Below are positions 1 through 10,559 of a stretch of DNA of 64,000 nucleotides, piece by piece (positions within the stretch are counted from its first letter, which is position 1; every line of letters begins with the position of its first letter). The position numbers and the translations under genes are program-made. A model generated the notes under the pieces. That model was not told the DNA's origin. It did not search any database and saw nothing but the letters and a program-made list of their open reading frames with translations. The DNA lies in NCBI GenBank assembly GCA_041178425.1, contig JBEGVH010000006.1:160001-224000 (forward strand), written 5' to 3'. Source of the stretch: Pseudomonadota bacterium (GTDB lineage Bacteria > Bdellovibrionota > Bdellovibrionia > Bdellovibrionales > Bdellovibrionaceae).

Positions 1-467
1 AGAAAATAAGTTTCTTTCCAGCTACAGATGAGATCTTGATAAATTTTTGATCCATCTCTTAGTATCGTTTTGCTTCTTGCAGGTGTTGTAGGATTGCTTA
101 TTGAACCATCGTTGGAGAATTGAGGCCATTTAATTTGAATGCTCATCCCATCATCATCATAGAAATGTTCTATCTGTTTTTCGACAAAAGATTCGTGATC
201 CAAGTAATGCCGTTCAACAAACATCGAATATTTTGATGGCTTCATATGAACGTCTGCAGAAATTTTATCCTCGCGGTTTTCAAAAATAGGATTCGGATAG
301 GTTTTAATATCGATGCGATATTTCATTTTTTTCATTTTAGGATCGGTGGTACAGACAATCAAAGTTTTTGGCTGTTTCTTAAAATGTGGGAATAAGTAGT
401 TCTCTCCCAAAGTTTGAGCTTGAGTGTTTAATGAAATAAATAAAACTAAAAGATAAAAAAATCTCAT
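1..467 (-). CDS. Secreted hypothetical protein (runs off the window start)
   Basis: Manual translation from ATG at 467 (MRFFYLLVLFISLNTQAQ..., signal-peptide-like) stays open to base 1; AGGGGG RBS upstream. Confidence 0.75.
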   Translation of the reverse strand, partial: MRFFYLLVLFISLNTQAQTLGENYLFPHFKKQPKTLIVCTTDPKMKKMKYRIDIKTYPNPIFENREDKISADVHMKPSKYSMFVERHYLDHESFVEKQIEHFYDDDGMSIQIKWPQFSNDGSISNPTTPARSKTILRDGSKIYQDLICSWKETYF

Positions 468-585
468 AAAGGCCCCCTGTTAGAATCTTAGTAGTTCGTT
501 TCCCCTTTCGTCTACACGATGTCTAGCTTTTTTTTGTAAAGTTAGCCTAAAGGGTTTGCAAGCCGATCATCATGTTTGAAAATAA

Positions 586-1308
586 TTATTGAAGGGACCG
601 GCGGTGGCCTGTCCAAACAATGGGCGCGGCAAAAGCGCTATAAATCAGAAGGCCAGCGAGAAACTTCATTTCAGTTTGTCTTCCAAGAGCGGCGCTCCAA
701 ACCCACTCGCCATAAAATCGCGTAGGCAGCCATACACTAATCTTTTGAATGGTGGGAGCCAGGCCAGCCGGTGGAATCCATAATCCTCCAGCAAAAGAGA
801 GTATGAGGTACACCAAATTAGAGATAGGGAGCGCGGATGAACTCGGTGCAAAATAGCCAACGATGAGTCCTAGTAGGCAAAAAGGAAGAGCTCCAATAAA
901 GAGGGCAAAAAGGAAGGGGAAAAATCGCTGCCAGCTCAGCGTTGCCGGAGTGGTTAGAAGAACCACTCCTAAAACAGCGCTAGCAGCTAAAAGGGCAAAA
1001 AAGAGGGCCGTTAATGATCGAGCTAAAAAAAATTGCCAAGAAGGAATCGACAGTGTTTTGACAAATTGAAACCAAGGCGTTGCCCGTTCAATTGAAAAGT
1101 CTAAGGCAAATTGGAAAAACACAACTCCTAAAACAGCAAATGCAGCAAAGGAACCCATTAATAAATTAGCTGCTTCTGGTGTTTTCGCGTTCGGTGCTGC
1201 AAAAAATAAAAAGAACAGACTTGGAAAAATGAGGGTACTCACAACGTAAGAAGGTTGCCTTAAAAGATGAAGACATTTTATTTTCGCATGTTTAATGATC
1301 AAATTCAT
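586..1308 (-). CDS. ABC-2 type exporter permease
   Basis: About 6 hydrophobic segments; start overlaps the stop of the ABC ATPase gene. Confidence 0.9.
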   Translation of the reverse strand: MNLIIKHAKIKCLHLLRQPSYVVSTLIFPSLFFLFFAAPNAKTPEAANLLMGSFAAFAVLGVVFFQFALDFSIERATPWFQFVKTLSIPSWQFFLARSLTALFFALLAASAVLGVVLLTTPATLSWQRFFPFLFALFIGALPFCLLGLIVGYFAPSSSALPISNLVYLILSFAGGLWIPPAGLAPTIQKISVWLPTRFYGEWVWSAALGRQTEMKFLAGLLIYSAFAAPIVWTGHRRSLQ

Positions 1309-2195
1309 TGCTTTGTCTCCTCGACAATTTTTAGAAATGCCTCTTCCAAGCTCAGCCCTTTAACTTCAAGGTGGGTGAAAGGGTGATTGATCGCGAGATC
1401 GCGAACAAAAGAATCAGCGTTGGCAGTGAGAACCCGGTAATGGCCATTATTTTCGTTCACCTCGAAGTCGGCTGAAAATCTGAGGGCGGGCTTTGCTCGA
1501 AACTCAACTTGCTTTAATCCGAGTTGGGCTTTGATAGAATTTAAATCTCCCGAAGTTAATACTCGCCCACTTTGAACCACAACAATTCGTGTGGCCAGCT
1601 CTTCGGCCTCTTCGAGATAGTGGGTGGTAAGAAGAACCGTACCTCCCTGCAGAGAGTACTCCCGGATGATTTGCCAGAGTCGGCGGCGCACATCGACATC
1701 AACACCTGTCGTGGGTTCATCAAGTAAGACTAACTCAGGGTTGCCAACAAAGGCACAAGCGAGAGAAAGGCAGCGGCGTTGGCCTCCGCTCAGAGCGCGG
1801 GTTTGTCTGTGGGCAAGCTGGGAGATGCCGAATTCCTTGAGCGTTTCAGCAATGTTTCGAGGGTTCGGGTAGTGAGCGGCAACGAGTTCTAAAACTTCTG
1901 TTAAAGTGGCATGCTCTAGGAAGCCAGAGTCTTGCGGGGTGCATCCCATTTTACGTTTAGTACTGAGTGCACTTGGTTTGCCATTGAAAACTTCGATGCT
2001 TCCTTCGTCGGGAGTCATCAGGCCAAGGATATGCAAAAGAGCCGTGGACTTTCCGGCACCATTTGGCCCCAAAAGACAAAGAATCTCTCCTTTTTTAATT
2101 TCAAAATCAAGACCGTCGAGAGCCCAAAGGTGGCCGCGCTTTTTACGAACATTCTTAAAACTAACGATAGCATTTGAATGTGGTTCTATTGGCAT
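1305..2195 (-). CDS. ABC transporter ATP-binding protein
   Basis: Walker A GPNGAGKS, signature LSGGQ, Walker B LLDEP, H-loop. Confidence 0.95.
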   Translation of the reverse strand: MPIEPHSNAIVSFKNVRKKRGHLWALDGLDFEIKKGEILCLLGPNGAGKSTALLHILGLMTPDEGSIEVFNGKPSALSTKRKMGCTPQDSGFLEHATLTEVLELVAAHYPNPRNIAETLKEFGISQLAHRQTRALSGGQRRCLSLACAFVGNPELVLLDEPTTGVDVDVRRRLWQIIREYSLQGGTVLLTTHYLEEAEELATRIVVVQSGRVLTSGDLNSIKAQLGLKQVEFRAKPALRFSADFEVNENNGHYRVLTANADSFVRDLAINHPFTHLEVKGLSLEEAFLKIVEETKQ

Positions 2196-2423
2196 TGATG
2201 AAGTGCTCCCTAAAAATAAGTCCTTAAAACCATGCCATAGGACGTGGTCCAGCGCTAAGATTTTTTATTATCGAGAAACAGAGGGTCAGAGTAATGTCAT
2301 TGAAATAAGGGGTGGTTGTTAAAACCTAGACCTTCATCGAGAAGATAAGTGTTCTGATTGAAAAAAATTGTTTTTCAACAGGGGCAATAAAAAAATGACC
2401 TCCAAGTAGGCATTGGAGGGTTT

Positions 2424-3194
2424 ATGTTTAGCGTTTTTATGAAAAGTATCCTCGTAGGCGCGCTCGTCTCAATCATCGTACCTCGTCAAGCTCAGAGCTC
2501 AATGGGAGATTCAATAGTAGCTTCGCTCGATGATATACTGTACTATCAGCGCCGGTACCCCCTCAAAAATACCTCCGAGAAATTCGTCGATAACCAAGGT
2601 GAGGGTTTTGAAGAGCTTTATGGCGCTCGTAATTTTCGCGCTGTTTTGAATGGGGTTATGTACCGAGGCGGAGCAAACAATAAATATAATAAGTATGGTC
2701 GTCGCGACAATCGCAATCCTCTACCAGAAATGGGTCTTAAGAATTTTTGTCAGGAAGGTTTTGGTAAGGTTTACTATATGTATTCGACCAACTACGATAA
2801 AAAACAATCGGTCATTCGTTGTAATTCTGAGCGATCATCAAAACCAAGCCAAAATCACCAAATGGACTACAAGCAATTAGGGCCCTGGGAGCAAAAAAAT
2901 CAATACCAATTGTTAAAAGTCGTTTATGACTCCATCATGAATCCTCAAGAGGGTCCTGTTTATTTTCACTGTTGGAACGGATGGCATGCTTCGGGCTTGA
3001 TTTCTGCTCTTACGCTTCGGCAATTTTGTGATTTTTCGGGCGATGAGGCTGTTCGTTATTGGGACCAAAACACCGATGGCAATAATGATCTGAAGGCGTA
3101 CGAGGCTTACCGTCAGATGATTCGCTCTTTTTCCCCATTTCAAGATTTGAAAATCTCACAAGATCTTCAGCGTCTGATCTGCCCTGCAGATTAA
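2424..3194 (+). CDS. Secreted protein-tyrosine-phosphatase-fold protein
   Basis: Signal peptide; MYRGG motif and P-loop-like PVYFHCWNGWHASG. Confidence 0.7.
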   Translation: MFSVFMKSILVGALVSIIVPRQAQSSMGDSIVASLDDILYYQRRYPLKNTSEKFVDNQGEGFEELYGARNFRAVLNGVMYRGGANNKYNKYGRRDNRNPLPEMGLKNFCQEGFGKVYYMYSTNYDKKQSVIRCNSERSSKPSQNHQMDYKQLGPWEQKNQYQLLKVVYDSIMNPQEGPVYFHCWNGWHASGLISALTLRQFCDFSGDEAVRYWDQNTDGNNDLKAYEAYRQMIRSFSPFQDLKISQDLQRLICPAD

Positions 3195-3233
3195 CGGCGC
3201 CGAGAAAAAGACATTTACCGAGGGGAGTCGCCA

Positions 3234-3932
3234 ATGATGTATGTTCGTAAGGCTACAGATCGGGGATCGGCAGATCATGGATGGCTTCAATCGAGTCATA
3301 CGTTTTCTTTTGCCGATTATTATGATCCCAATTTTATGGGTTTTCGATCCTTGCGGGTGATTAATGAAGATTATATTGCCCCCGGGGGTGGGTTTCCAAC
3401 CCATGGCCATCGTGACATGGAGATTGTTAGCTATGTCATCCAGGGAGTGCTCGAACACCGAGACACCCTCGGCAATAAAGCTCAAATAACGCCTGGAATG
3501 ATTCAGAAAATGTCTGCTGGTACAGGGATTAGGCATAGTGAATACAATGCGAGTTCTCAAGAAACGACACGCCTATTGCAAATTTGGATTGAACCTAATG
3601 AGCTTGGAATTGCCCCTAACTACGGCGAAAAGAGCTTCGAAAAAGAAATCGAGGCTGGAGAATTAGTTCTCTTGGCGAGTTCAACGGGCGAAAAGGGTTC
3701 CATCAAACTGTACCAAGATGCTAAAATTTTCGTTGGAAAAACAAAACAGTCCCGCTCTCAAGTATATTGCCTTGGCTCTCGTCGTTATGCATGGATTCAA
3801 ATGATTGAGGGAACGCTCACGGTGAACGGAGAGGTCTTGCTAAAATCAGACGGAGTTGCTATTTCTCACGAAGAAAATCTTGAGTTAGAGTTGGCAGCGG
3901 GGTCTGAATTTTTACTTTTCGATCTCGCCTAA
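3234..3932 (+). CDS. Pirin family protein
   Basis: GFPTHGHRDMEI, MSAGTGIRHSE and LQIW motifs. Confidence 0.95.
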   Translation: MMYVRKATDRGSADHGWLQSSHTFSFADYYDPNFMGFRSLRVINEDYIAPGGGFPTHGHRDMEIVSYVIQGVLEHRDTLGNKAQITPGMIQKMSAGTGIRHSEYNASSQETTRLLQIWIEPNELGIAPNYGEKSFEKEIEAGELVLLASSTGEKGSIKLYQDAKIFVGKTKQSRSQVYCLGSRRYAWIQMIEGTLTVNGEVLLKSDGVAISHEENLELELAAGSEFLLFDLA

Positions 3933-3945
3933 ATTTTAGGAATCT

Positions 3946-5394
3946 ATGAAATTCAATTTTGAAACGACGTATTTAAATTTGCCTAAAGATTTTTATCGAG
4001 AAAATCGTCCGGAAAAATGTTTGGCGCCTGAACTCCTGTGTTTCAATCAAAGTTTGGCGGAGTTCCTGGAGCTTGGGGCGTTTGAGGCTGAGAAAGATTT
4101 GCCTCTTCTCTGCGGCGAGGTTTCTAATGAAACGGCGCGCCCCTTCTCGCAAGCTTATGCTGGTCATCAGTTTGGTTATTTTAATAAACTCGGAGATGGT
4201 CGAGCCCATGTGCTTGGTGAGCATGTCACTCCATCTGGACAGCGGTTTGATATTCAATTGAAAGGTTCTGGTCAAACTCCTTACTCACGCAATGGTGATG
4301 GACGGGCAGCGCTCGCCCCGATGTTGCGTGAGTATTTGATTAGTGAAGCCATGCATCACCTTGGAATACCAACCACTCGCAGTTTGGCGGTGATTGCAAC
4401 GGGAGATGTAGTTTATCGAGAACAGCCGTTGCCTGGGGCTCTTTTGGTGCGAGTGGCTTCTAGTCATATTCGCGTCGGGACCTTTCAGTTTGCAGCCACG
4501 CTCCGTGATGCCCATCAACTCCGTCAATTTGCCGATTACGCTATCGACCGACACGCTCCAGAATGGCAAAAGCATAAGAACCGCTATTTTGAGTTTTTTA
4601 GAAAAGTGGTCAAAAGCCAAGCGAGTCTCATTGCTCAATGGATGACTGTTGGTTTTGTTCACGGTGTGATGAACACCGACAATATGTCTATTGCGGGTGA
4701 AACGATCGACTACGGGCCCTGTGCGTTTATGAATGAATATGATTTATCCACCGTCTTTAGCTCGATTGATCGGCAGGGGAGATACGCCTTCGGTCGCCAG
4801 CCAGAGATGGCGTCTTGGAATTTAACCCGCTTGGCGGAGTCTCTTCTTCCTCTCTTTAGTGATCAGCAAGAAACAGCCATCGAAATGGCCAATAGCGCAT
4901 TGAAAGAATTTGAAATCCTTTTTCACGACGAATGGCGAAGGGGGTTAAAAAACAAATTGGGTCTCATTGGCGAGAATGATGGCGACACTGAATTGATCAA
5001 TGAGTTTTTAGAGATTCTGCAAGCGCATCGCGCTGACTTTACAAATACTTTTTGTGAGCTTATTCATTGGCTCAAAGGTGGATGTCTGAATATAGAGTCG
5101 CCCTTGCAAAAGCATGACCGCTTTAAATCTTGGCTCTCTCAATGGAAGAAACGAATCAACGAAGGCTCCGATGATGTTGTGGAGCTTATGCAGAAATCAA
5201 ATCCAGCCCTCATACCTCGAAATCATCTCGTCGAGGCGGCCCTCGCTTCAGCGTCTGAGAATAACGATTTCGAGCCTTTTAATTCGCTCATAAAAGCGCT
5301 CTCTCAGCCTTTCAATCACTCGATGGTCGACGCAAAATACCAGCAAGCTCCAGGGGTTGAGTTTGCTGGTTATAAGACGTTTTGCGGAACATAA
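3946..5394 (+). CDS. selO: Protein adenylyltransferase SelO/YdiU
   Basis: YAGHQFG, LGDGRA, QLKGSG.TPYSR.GDGRA, HGVMNTDN, IDYGP, C-terminal TFCGT. Confidence 0.95.
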   Translation: MKFNFETTYLNLPKDFYRENRPEKCLAPELLCFNQSLAEFLELGAFEAEKDLPLLCGEVSNETARPFSQAYAGHQFGYFNKLGDGRAHVLGEHVTPSGQRFDIQLKGSGQTPYSRNGDGRAALAPMLREYLISEAMHHLGIPTTRSLAVIATGDVVYREQPLPGALLVRVASSHIRVGTFQFAATLRDAHQLRQFADYAIDRHAPEWQKHKNRYFEFFRKVVKSQASLIAQWMTVGFVHGVMNTDNMSIAGETIDYGPCAFMNEYDLSTVFSSIDRQGRYAFGRQPEMASWNLTRLAESLLPLFSDQQETAIEMANSALKEFEILFHDEWRRGLKNKLGLIGENDGDTELINEFLEILQAHRADFTNTFCELIHWLKGGCLNIESPLQKHDRFKSWLSQWKKRINEGSDDVVELMQKSNPALIPRNHLVEAALASASENNDFEPFNSLIKALSQPFNHSMVDAKYQQAPGVEFAGYKTFCGT

Positions 5395-5419
5395 AAAGCC
5401 GCTCTTTTATTTCGATGAT

Positions 5420-5632
5420 TTAAAAAAGATATCCAATTTTCAGAAGAGTGATCACAGGAAGCGCCAATTTTCCAAGTTTCTCACCTTGTGAATTTGCGTT
5501 ATCTTCGAGGGCAATATATTCAGCCGTGGCTTTAATATTGTCGTCAGCATTTGATGTAAGATTTGATTTTGTACTAAGATGGGTCTGATAGCCTACATCA
5601 AACCCTCCGAATAAAACAAAAAATGTTTGTTT
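5420..5632 (-). pseudogene. 3' remnant of an outer-membrane beta-barrel-type gene
   Basis: Start-less frame ...FGGFDVGYQTHLS...LPVITLLKIGYLF* ending in a beta-signal-like GYLF; in-frame TAA at 5633-5635 upstream. Confidence 0.55.
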
Positions 5633-5733
5633 TTAATCGGAAGGTAAAGAACTTTTTTACCGATTTCATTACTAAGGTTGTGGGGGTATGGATGTTTTTA
5701 CGGTCGAGTTGAGTTGGAGGAAATAGCGGTTAT

Positions 5734-6492
5734 CTAGTTTTTTACACACCTTAAGAAATGAGATTCTACCTCGTAAATATCTTGTGAGCAGCCATAGCCC
5801 GTCACCCATCTTGCCGACTGAAACCCTGTTCCTATTTTGTAAACGCCCTTAGTGCTATCGCAGCCGTAGAGATCCTGACCATGAGTTGTCCAATACAATC
5901 TGGGGCCCGTTGTCCAACCAGAAGAACAATAATAAGAGTAATCATTGGTTATCGATAGAGCAGTTTGCAAAGCAGAGGCTCCTCCGGCCGCATTTTGTGC
6001 AGCAGTCCACTCAGCAGGGGATGGGACATGATAACCAGAAGAGCAAATACCTTGGATGCCTGAGGGTATCGAAGCAGAGGCTGAAGAGCTATTAAGGCCG
6101 ATGGCCTTTAAAGTATAGACTTTGGCAGAACCATTTGTGTAGCTGGGGTTGGTTGTCACATCACAGGAGGCCCAATAAGCATTTCCTATTTGGACATCAT
6201 TGTTTGTGCATCCAGGGTATTTGAACGTGACAGTGATGCTACAAGTATTACTTACTTGGGTCCAAACACCGTTGTTGCACTTGTAAGAGCAGCTCCCGGT
6301 ATAGCCCGAGGCACAACTCCCCGAACTCAGACCACTAGCTCCGGCGGAAAGGTTGCAACTGGCCACCAATTCATTTTTGCAGGAGCGTGCTTGAAAGAAA
6401 GTCGATTGAAAAAGCCCCTGGCTCCAAGCCACTGAACTCATTACCAAGGGGGCCAGAAACATAAAGAGTAAGGTTAATAACCGGGTGTCCAT
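5734..6492 (-). CDS. Cys-rich secreted protein with Fibrobacter major-domain (FISUMP)-like C-terminus
   Basis: Signal peptide; IGNAYW and QGICSSGYHVPSPAEW motifs, terminal LRCVKN. Confidence 0.7.
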   Translation of the reverse strand: MDTRLLTLLFMFLAPLVMSSVAWSQGLFQSTFFQARSCKNELVASCNLSAGASGLSSGSCASGYTGSCSYKCNNGVWTQVSNTCSITVTFKYPGCTNNDVQIGNAYWASCDVTTNPSYTNGSAKVYTLKAIGLNSSSASASIPSGIQGICSSGYHVPSPAEWTAAQNAAGGASALQTALSITNDYSYYCSSGWTTGPRLYWTTHGQDLYGCDSTKGVYKIGTGFQSARWVTGYGCSQDIYEVESHFLRCVKN

Positions 6493-8480
6493 GCTAAATA
6501 CACATCACTTCCTGAAACTAAAAGATTGTACATAGTGTGAGTTCCGTTGGTCGAGGCTCCATGTCCCGGCGGGAGATGAACGGTCAAAGAGCCAGTTCCT
6601 TCGCCAGAAAAGGCGGTGAAGGAGCAGGTGCCAGTAGTTGTGCCTTTCACGATAAACACATAGGAACCACCGTCTTTTAAATTCCAAAACGAAAAGCTTC
6701 CGCAGCTCGCTGTCGTATGTTGAATATTTCCTTTGGAAAAATCGATGGTTGATGTGGAGTTAATCGTCGAAGCTTTACCTAGGATCGTGGAGCTGACATC
6801 GAGCCCCGAGCGTGGCGCTGTGGTGCCGATTCCCACACTTCCAGCGAAATAGTTAAAGGCATTCGCGTCTGCAGCGTAAAGATCAAAAGGAGTGTTGGTG
6901 CGCGTCCCTGTGGCAAAGCCGCCGATGTAAATTCCATAAGAATTGGTGATTGTACCGAGGTTGCCCCCTTGAACATCAATTCCATACTGGGTAGTTATGG
7001 TGCCACTAGCATTCTTATTGGACGCAGATATCCAGGCCCCTGCTAGGGTCGCTGTAGTTCCCGAACCAAAGGTGCTTGCTTGGCCGATCATTCCCCACAA
7101 GTTGCCATGGTTGACCGTTGAATTCGCTGGTGTGAATATCTCTCCAATAAGAGCCGATCTGTGTCCTGTCTGGTTATTAGTGGGATTATTTGCATAGGCG
7201 ACGTTGAGTCCTGAATAGCTACCAGTGTCCGCGAAGGACGCACCACTAAAATTACCAATTTCGGCAGTGTAGATTCCATTACCAAGCCATCCAGTCTGCG
7301 AAGTATTGATGCTGAGATCAGCAGTAGGGCTTGTTGTGCCGATTCCCACGTTTCCCTCTCCAGTGATCGTCATGAATCGACCTTGGGTGAGGTCAGTATC
7401 GCCACCGCCCCGACCAATCGTTAGTGAATTCTCAGATCGCAAAGCGCCAATTTGCCAATTGGTAAGCCCTTGCAATCCCAGAACGGCAAAGGCGTTACCT
7501 CCGCCCAATTCGGTTCGAGCTTTAATGTACGCATGAGATTCAGTGTTTGATGTGTTCGTGTTTCTCACAACGGACCCAACTCGATCATTATCACCATTGG
7601 CTTCAAAACTGAGTGTGTTACCGGTTTGAGTCCATGGAGAGCTGGGTGGCGACACCCAAGTCGTGCCGCCGCTTCCGTCGCTGGTGAGAACTTGGCCATT
7701 GCCTCCGTAATTGGGAGGTAGAGACATTTGATAGGAAGTGAAGGTGGTTGATGGTGCGATGAGAGTGATTTGCGAATCATTATTGGATGTGCTTGCAAGA
7801 TTGAGGGTGGTGGAGCCCAATCCTTTCATGTATTTGGTTGATTGACCGCTGACCAAATCGAGAAGATCAGTAAAGTTGGTGAGATTCATGGCGTAATTGT
7901 TGAACGAGAGGGGTGGCGCTGCGATAGAAGTATCCACGCGCATCACCTGGTTGCTTGGCACACCCGCAACATTGCTTGTTTCGATGGAGTAGGGGGTATA
8001 GCTAATTTCTAGAGGTGGAAGGGCTTGTAAGCCTGTACCATCATTGAAAGTGACCTTAAGATAAAGCGGATCTCCGATTTGTTTGACGTAGCCGTTTTCA
8101 CATTGAGGCATCGGCGGATAGATCAAGCTGCTATTAAAAATACGAGACAAAGAAAAAGTACTTAGGTCGGAGCGCGATCCTCGCCCCACAAGGAGTGAGA
8201 ATCCTCCATCCCCCGAAGACATATCAATCGTGAAGCGTTCAGAATACATAATGCAAAGTTTTGGTAGATTGAGGGGGCCAACAATTTGCAGGTTAAATTC
8301 AACCTGCGGCGCTTTGAGCGGAATTCCTTCGGGATTGGTGATTCGACCTTGATAGGTAAATGCAACTTGCGCGGCAAGTAAATGGCTAGAAAAAAAGAAA
8401 ATGCAAAAATAAAAAACAAGACCCATTAAGAGAGGTCGCGTTAAATGGTTAATTGCGTCTTTGAAAAATTTCTTTTTCAT
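6474..8480 (-). CDS. Phage tail-fibre-like adhesin (Bdellovibrio MAT-like)
   Basis: Signal peptide; N-terminal FTYQGRI...CIMYSE domain; GQVLTSDGSG and two VGIGTTxP fibre motifs. Confidence 0.8.
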   Translation of the reverse strand: MKKKFFKDAINHLTRPLLMGLVFYFCIFFFSSHLLAAQVAFTYQGRITNPEGIPLKAPQVEFNLQIVGPLNLPKLCIMYSERFTIDMSSGDGGFSLLVGRGSRSDLSTFSLSRIFNSSLIYPPMPQCENGYVKQIGDPLYLKVTFNDGTGLQALPPLEISYTPYSIETSNVAGVPSNQVMRVDTSIAAPPLSFNNYAMNLTNFTDLLDLVSGQSTKYMKGLGSTTLNLASTSNNDSQITLIAPSTTFTSYQMSLPPNYGGNGQVLTSDGSGGTTWVSPPSSPWTQTGNTLSFEANGDNDRVGSVVRNTNTSNTESHAYIKARTELGGGNAFAVLGLQGLTNWQIGALRSENSLTIGRGGGDTDLTQGRFMTITGEGNVGIGTTSPTADLSINTSQTGWLGNGIYTAEIGNFSGASFADTGSYSGLNVAYANNPTNNQTGHRSALIGEIFTPANSTVNHGNLWGMIGQASTFGSGTTATLAGAWISASNKNASGTITTQYGIDVQGGNLGTITNSYGIYIGGFATGTRTNTPFDLYAADANAFNYFAGSVGIGTTAPRSGLDVSSTILGKASTINSTSTIDFSKGNIQHTTASCGSFSFWNLKDGGSYVFIVKGTTTGTCSFTAFSGEGTGSLTVHLPPGHGASTNGTHTMYNLLVSGSDVYLAWTPGY

Positions 8481-8488
8481 CTCTTAAC

Positions 8489-8516
8489 TTATCGGATGTT
8501 TTGTAAGATCGCTCAA
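8489..8516 (-). promoter_or_regulatory. sigma28 (FliA)-like promoter of the fibre gene
   Basis: Minus strand TTGAG-N15-TCCGATAA, 8 nt before the ATG. Confidence 0.55.
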
Positions 8517-8674
8517 TGCCAAGCGCCCGATTTGTGCAAATATTCAAGACTCAATTTGAGAATAGTTGTTTCACAATGATACAAATAATTAAAGCGTATT
8601 TCAAATTTAAGGTTGTCTTTTGCTTTGTGAGCGTTGTGTAATGCAGGCGTGTTTAGTTTGATGAGGGGGAATTT

Positions 8675-9136
8675 ATGCTGAAAAGAAAATGTTGGTTCGC
8701 GACCGCTCTTGTGAATTTGTTTATTATTGGCTTCGCTGGCAACGCGTCGGCTTTCGCCAATGAGTTTCAGGGGCGAGCTCAGTTGAAGTTTGTTAATATC
8801 GATAAAAATAGTGAAACTGCCATGGTGTATGTGACCGTTTTTCAAGAACAAGCCGAATGGGACAACGAACGGGGTGTGACGTTGGGGGCTATTTTAGGTG
8901 CCAAAAGAGAAGTGAGCGTTGAAAATTTGCGTTCCCAAAGTTACGGCTTTTCTGCCTTCATCGACGTGAATGGGAATGGTAAATTGGATACTAACGTTTT
9001 TGGTGCTCCTCGGGAACCTTGGGCTCTTTCTAAGATTGGTTCAAAAATGCCTCTTGGAAAGCCCGCATGGAGCTCTATTGCTGTTGAAATAAAAGAAGAC
9101 AAAACCCTCGAAGTTCCACTGTACTTTCACTATTAA
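8675..9136 (+). CDS. DUF2141 family protein
   Basis: Signal peptide; FIDVNGNGKLDTNVFGAPREPWALS motif. Confidence 0.85.
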   Translation: MLKRKCWFATALVNLFIIGFAGNASAFANEFQGRAQLKFVNIDKNSETAMVYVTVFQEQAEWDNERGVTLGAILGAKREVSVENLRSQSYGFSAFIDVNGNGKLDTNVFGAPREPWALSKIGSKMPLGKPAWSSIAVEIKEDKTLEVPLYFHY

Positions 9137-9150
9137 GGTTTTGGTGTTAG

Positions 9151-10518
9151 ATGCTTAAATCACCATCTATTGTTGTTGCAGGCGCGAGCGGTTATATCGG
9201 TAAAGAACTGATTCTGCGCCTTTTAGAAAAGTTTCCTGAAGCAAATATAATAGCTCTCTCGCGATCGCAACAACACTCTGATGACCAAAGAGTTCAATGG
9301 AAGGCTTGTGATTTATTTTCACTGCAATCACTGGAACAAGCACTACCTAGTCGCATCGACTACGCTTTTTATTTAGTGCACTCGATGGGGCCAACAGCCC
9401 ATCTCGACCAAGGTTCGTTTGCCGATTATGATTTGATTTTGGCTGATAACTTTTCGAGAAGTCTTAAAAATAAAAATGTAAAACAGCTCATCTATCTTGG
9501 AGGCTTGATTCCTGAATCAAAAAATGTTTCCTTGCACCTACAGAGTCGCCTTGAAGTTGAGGAAACCTTCAAGCAATATGCTCTTCCTTCTACGATTTTC
9601 CGGGCAGGACTCATTCTTGGTGAGGCGGGGTCTTCCTTTCAAATTTTAATCAAATTAGTAAAAAGACTTCCTCTAATGGTCTGTCCTCGTTGGACTCAAA
9701 ATCTTACCACACCCGTTGATCTTAACACCGTTCTGAAGAGTTTAACCATTGCTACCGGTGATCTTGCGAGGGTTGGAAAGACCTATGATTTAGCAGGCTG
9801 CCCTCCATTAACCTACATGGAGATGATGAATTTAACAGCTCAGCATATGGGCCTAAGGCGCTTATTTTTACGGGTGCCTTTTTTTACCCCCACCCTGTCT
9901 CGTTTATGGGTGAGTTTGATTACTAATTCATCTCGAGATTTGGTGTATCCATTGATTGAATCATTAGAGCACCCAATGGTGGCTCGAGACTCTCATGTTT
10001 TTACAGAGGGTGGCCCGGTTCGGAGCTACGGTGAGCTCTTAGAAAATGCCTGCTGTAAAGCAAAGAAAGGCAGCTTTTTCGTTCGTTTTCGAGCAAAGCG
10101 CAAAACAGTTCGCTCCGTACAACGATTACCACTTCCCGCAGGAAAAGATGCGGAGTGGATTAAGCAGCAATACATTGAGTGGCTTCCTCGTTTTTTGTCT
10201 CCACTGATTGTGGTGAAACAAAAAGAAAATCTCATAAAATTTTCGCTCCTCGGTAGCCCAATCAGCTTTTTAGAGCTCTCTTTTAGCGAAGAGAGAAGTT
10301 CGAGCGATCGACAACTCTTGCACGTGCGTAGTGGATTATTAGCCGCTAAAAATAATCGCGGTCGACTGGAGTTTCGTGTGGTTCTAAACAGACGCTTTGT
10401 GATGGCGGCCATTCATGACTTTCAACCCTCTCTGCCTTGGTATATTTACCAGGTCAGCCAAGCTCGACTCCATTTATTAGTTATGAATGCCTTCGCGCGA
10501 CACCTAGCCAAGTTTTGA
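9151..10518 (+). CDS. NAD(P)-binding atypical SDR (YbjT-like)
   Basis: GASGYIG Rossmann motif, FYLVHSM, HLQSRLEVE, FRAGLILG. Confidence 0.85.
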   Translation: MLKSPSIVVAGASGYIGKELILRLLEKFPEANIIALSRSQQHSDDQRVQWKACDLFSLQSLEQALPSRIDYAFYLVHSMGPTAHLDQGSFADYDLILADNFSRSLKNKNVKQLIYLGGLIPESKNVSLHLQSRLEVEETFKQYALPSTIFRAGLILGEAGSSFQILIKLVKRLPLMVCPRWTQNLTTPVDLNTVLKSLTIATGDLARVGKTYDLAGCPPLTYMEMMNLTAQHMGLRRLFLRVPFFTPTLSRLWVSLITNSSRDLVYPLIESLEHPMVARDSHVFTEGGPVRSYGELLENACCKAKKGSFFVRFRAKRKTVRSVQRLPLPAGKDAEWIKQQYIEWLPRFLSPLIVVKQKENLIKFSLLGSPISFLELSFSEERSSSDRQLLHVRSGLLAAKNNRGRLEFRVVLNRRFVMAAIHDFQPSLPWYIYQVSQARLHLLVMNAFARHLAKF

Positions 10519-10559
10519 AAGAAAAGCTTCGATAGCGCATTAAGACAATCGGCTTATTG

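Noticed and set aside
5380..5394. Selenocysteine in SelO
   Set aside because: The C-terminus is TFCGT followed by TAA; Cys form with no in-frame TGA
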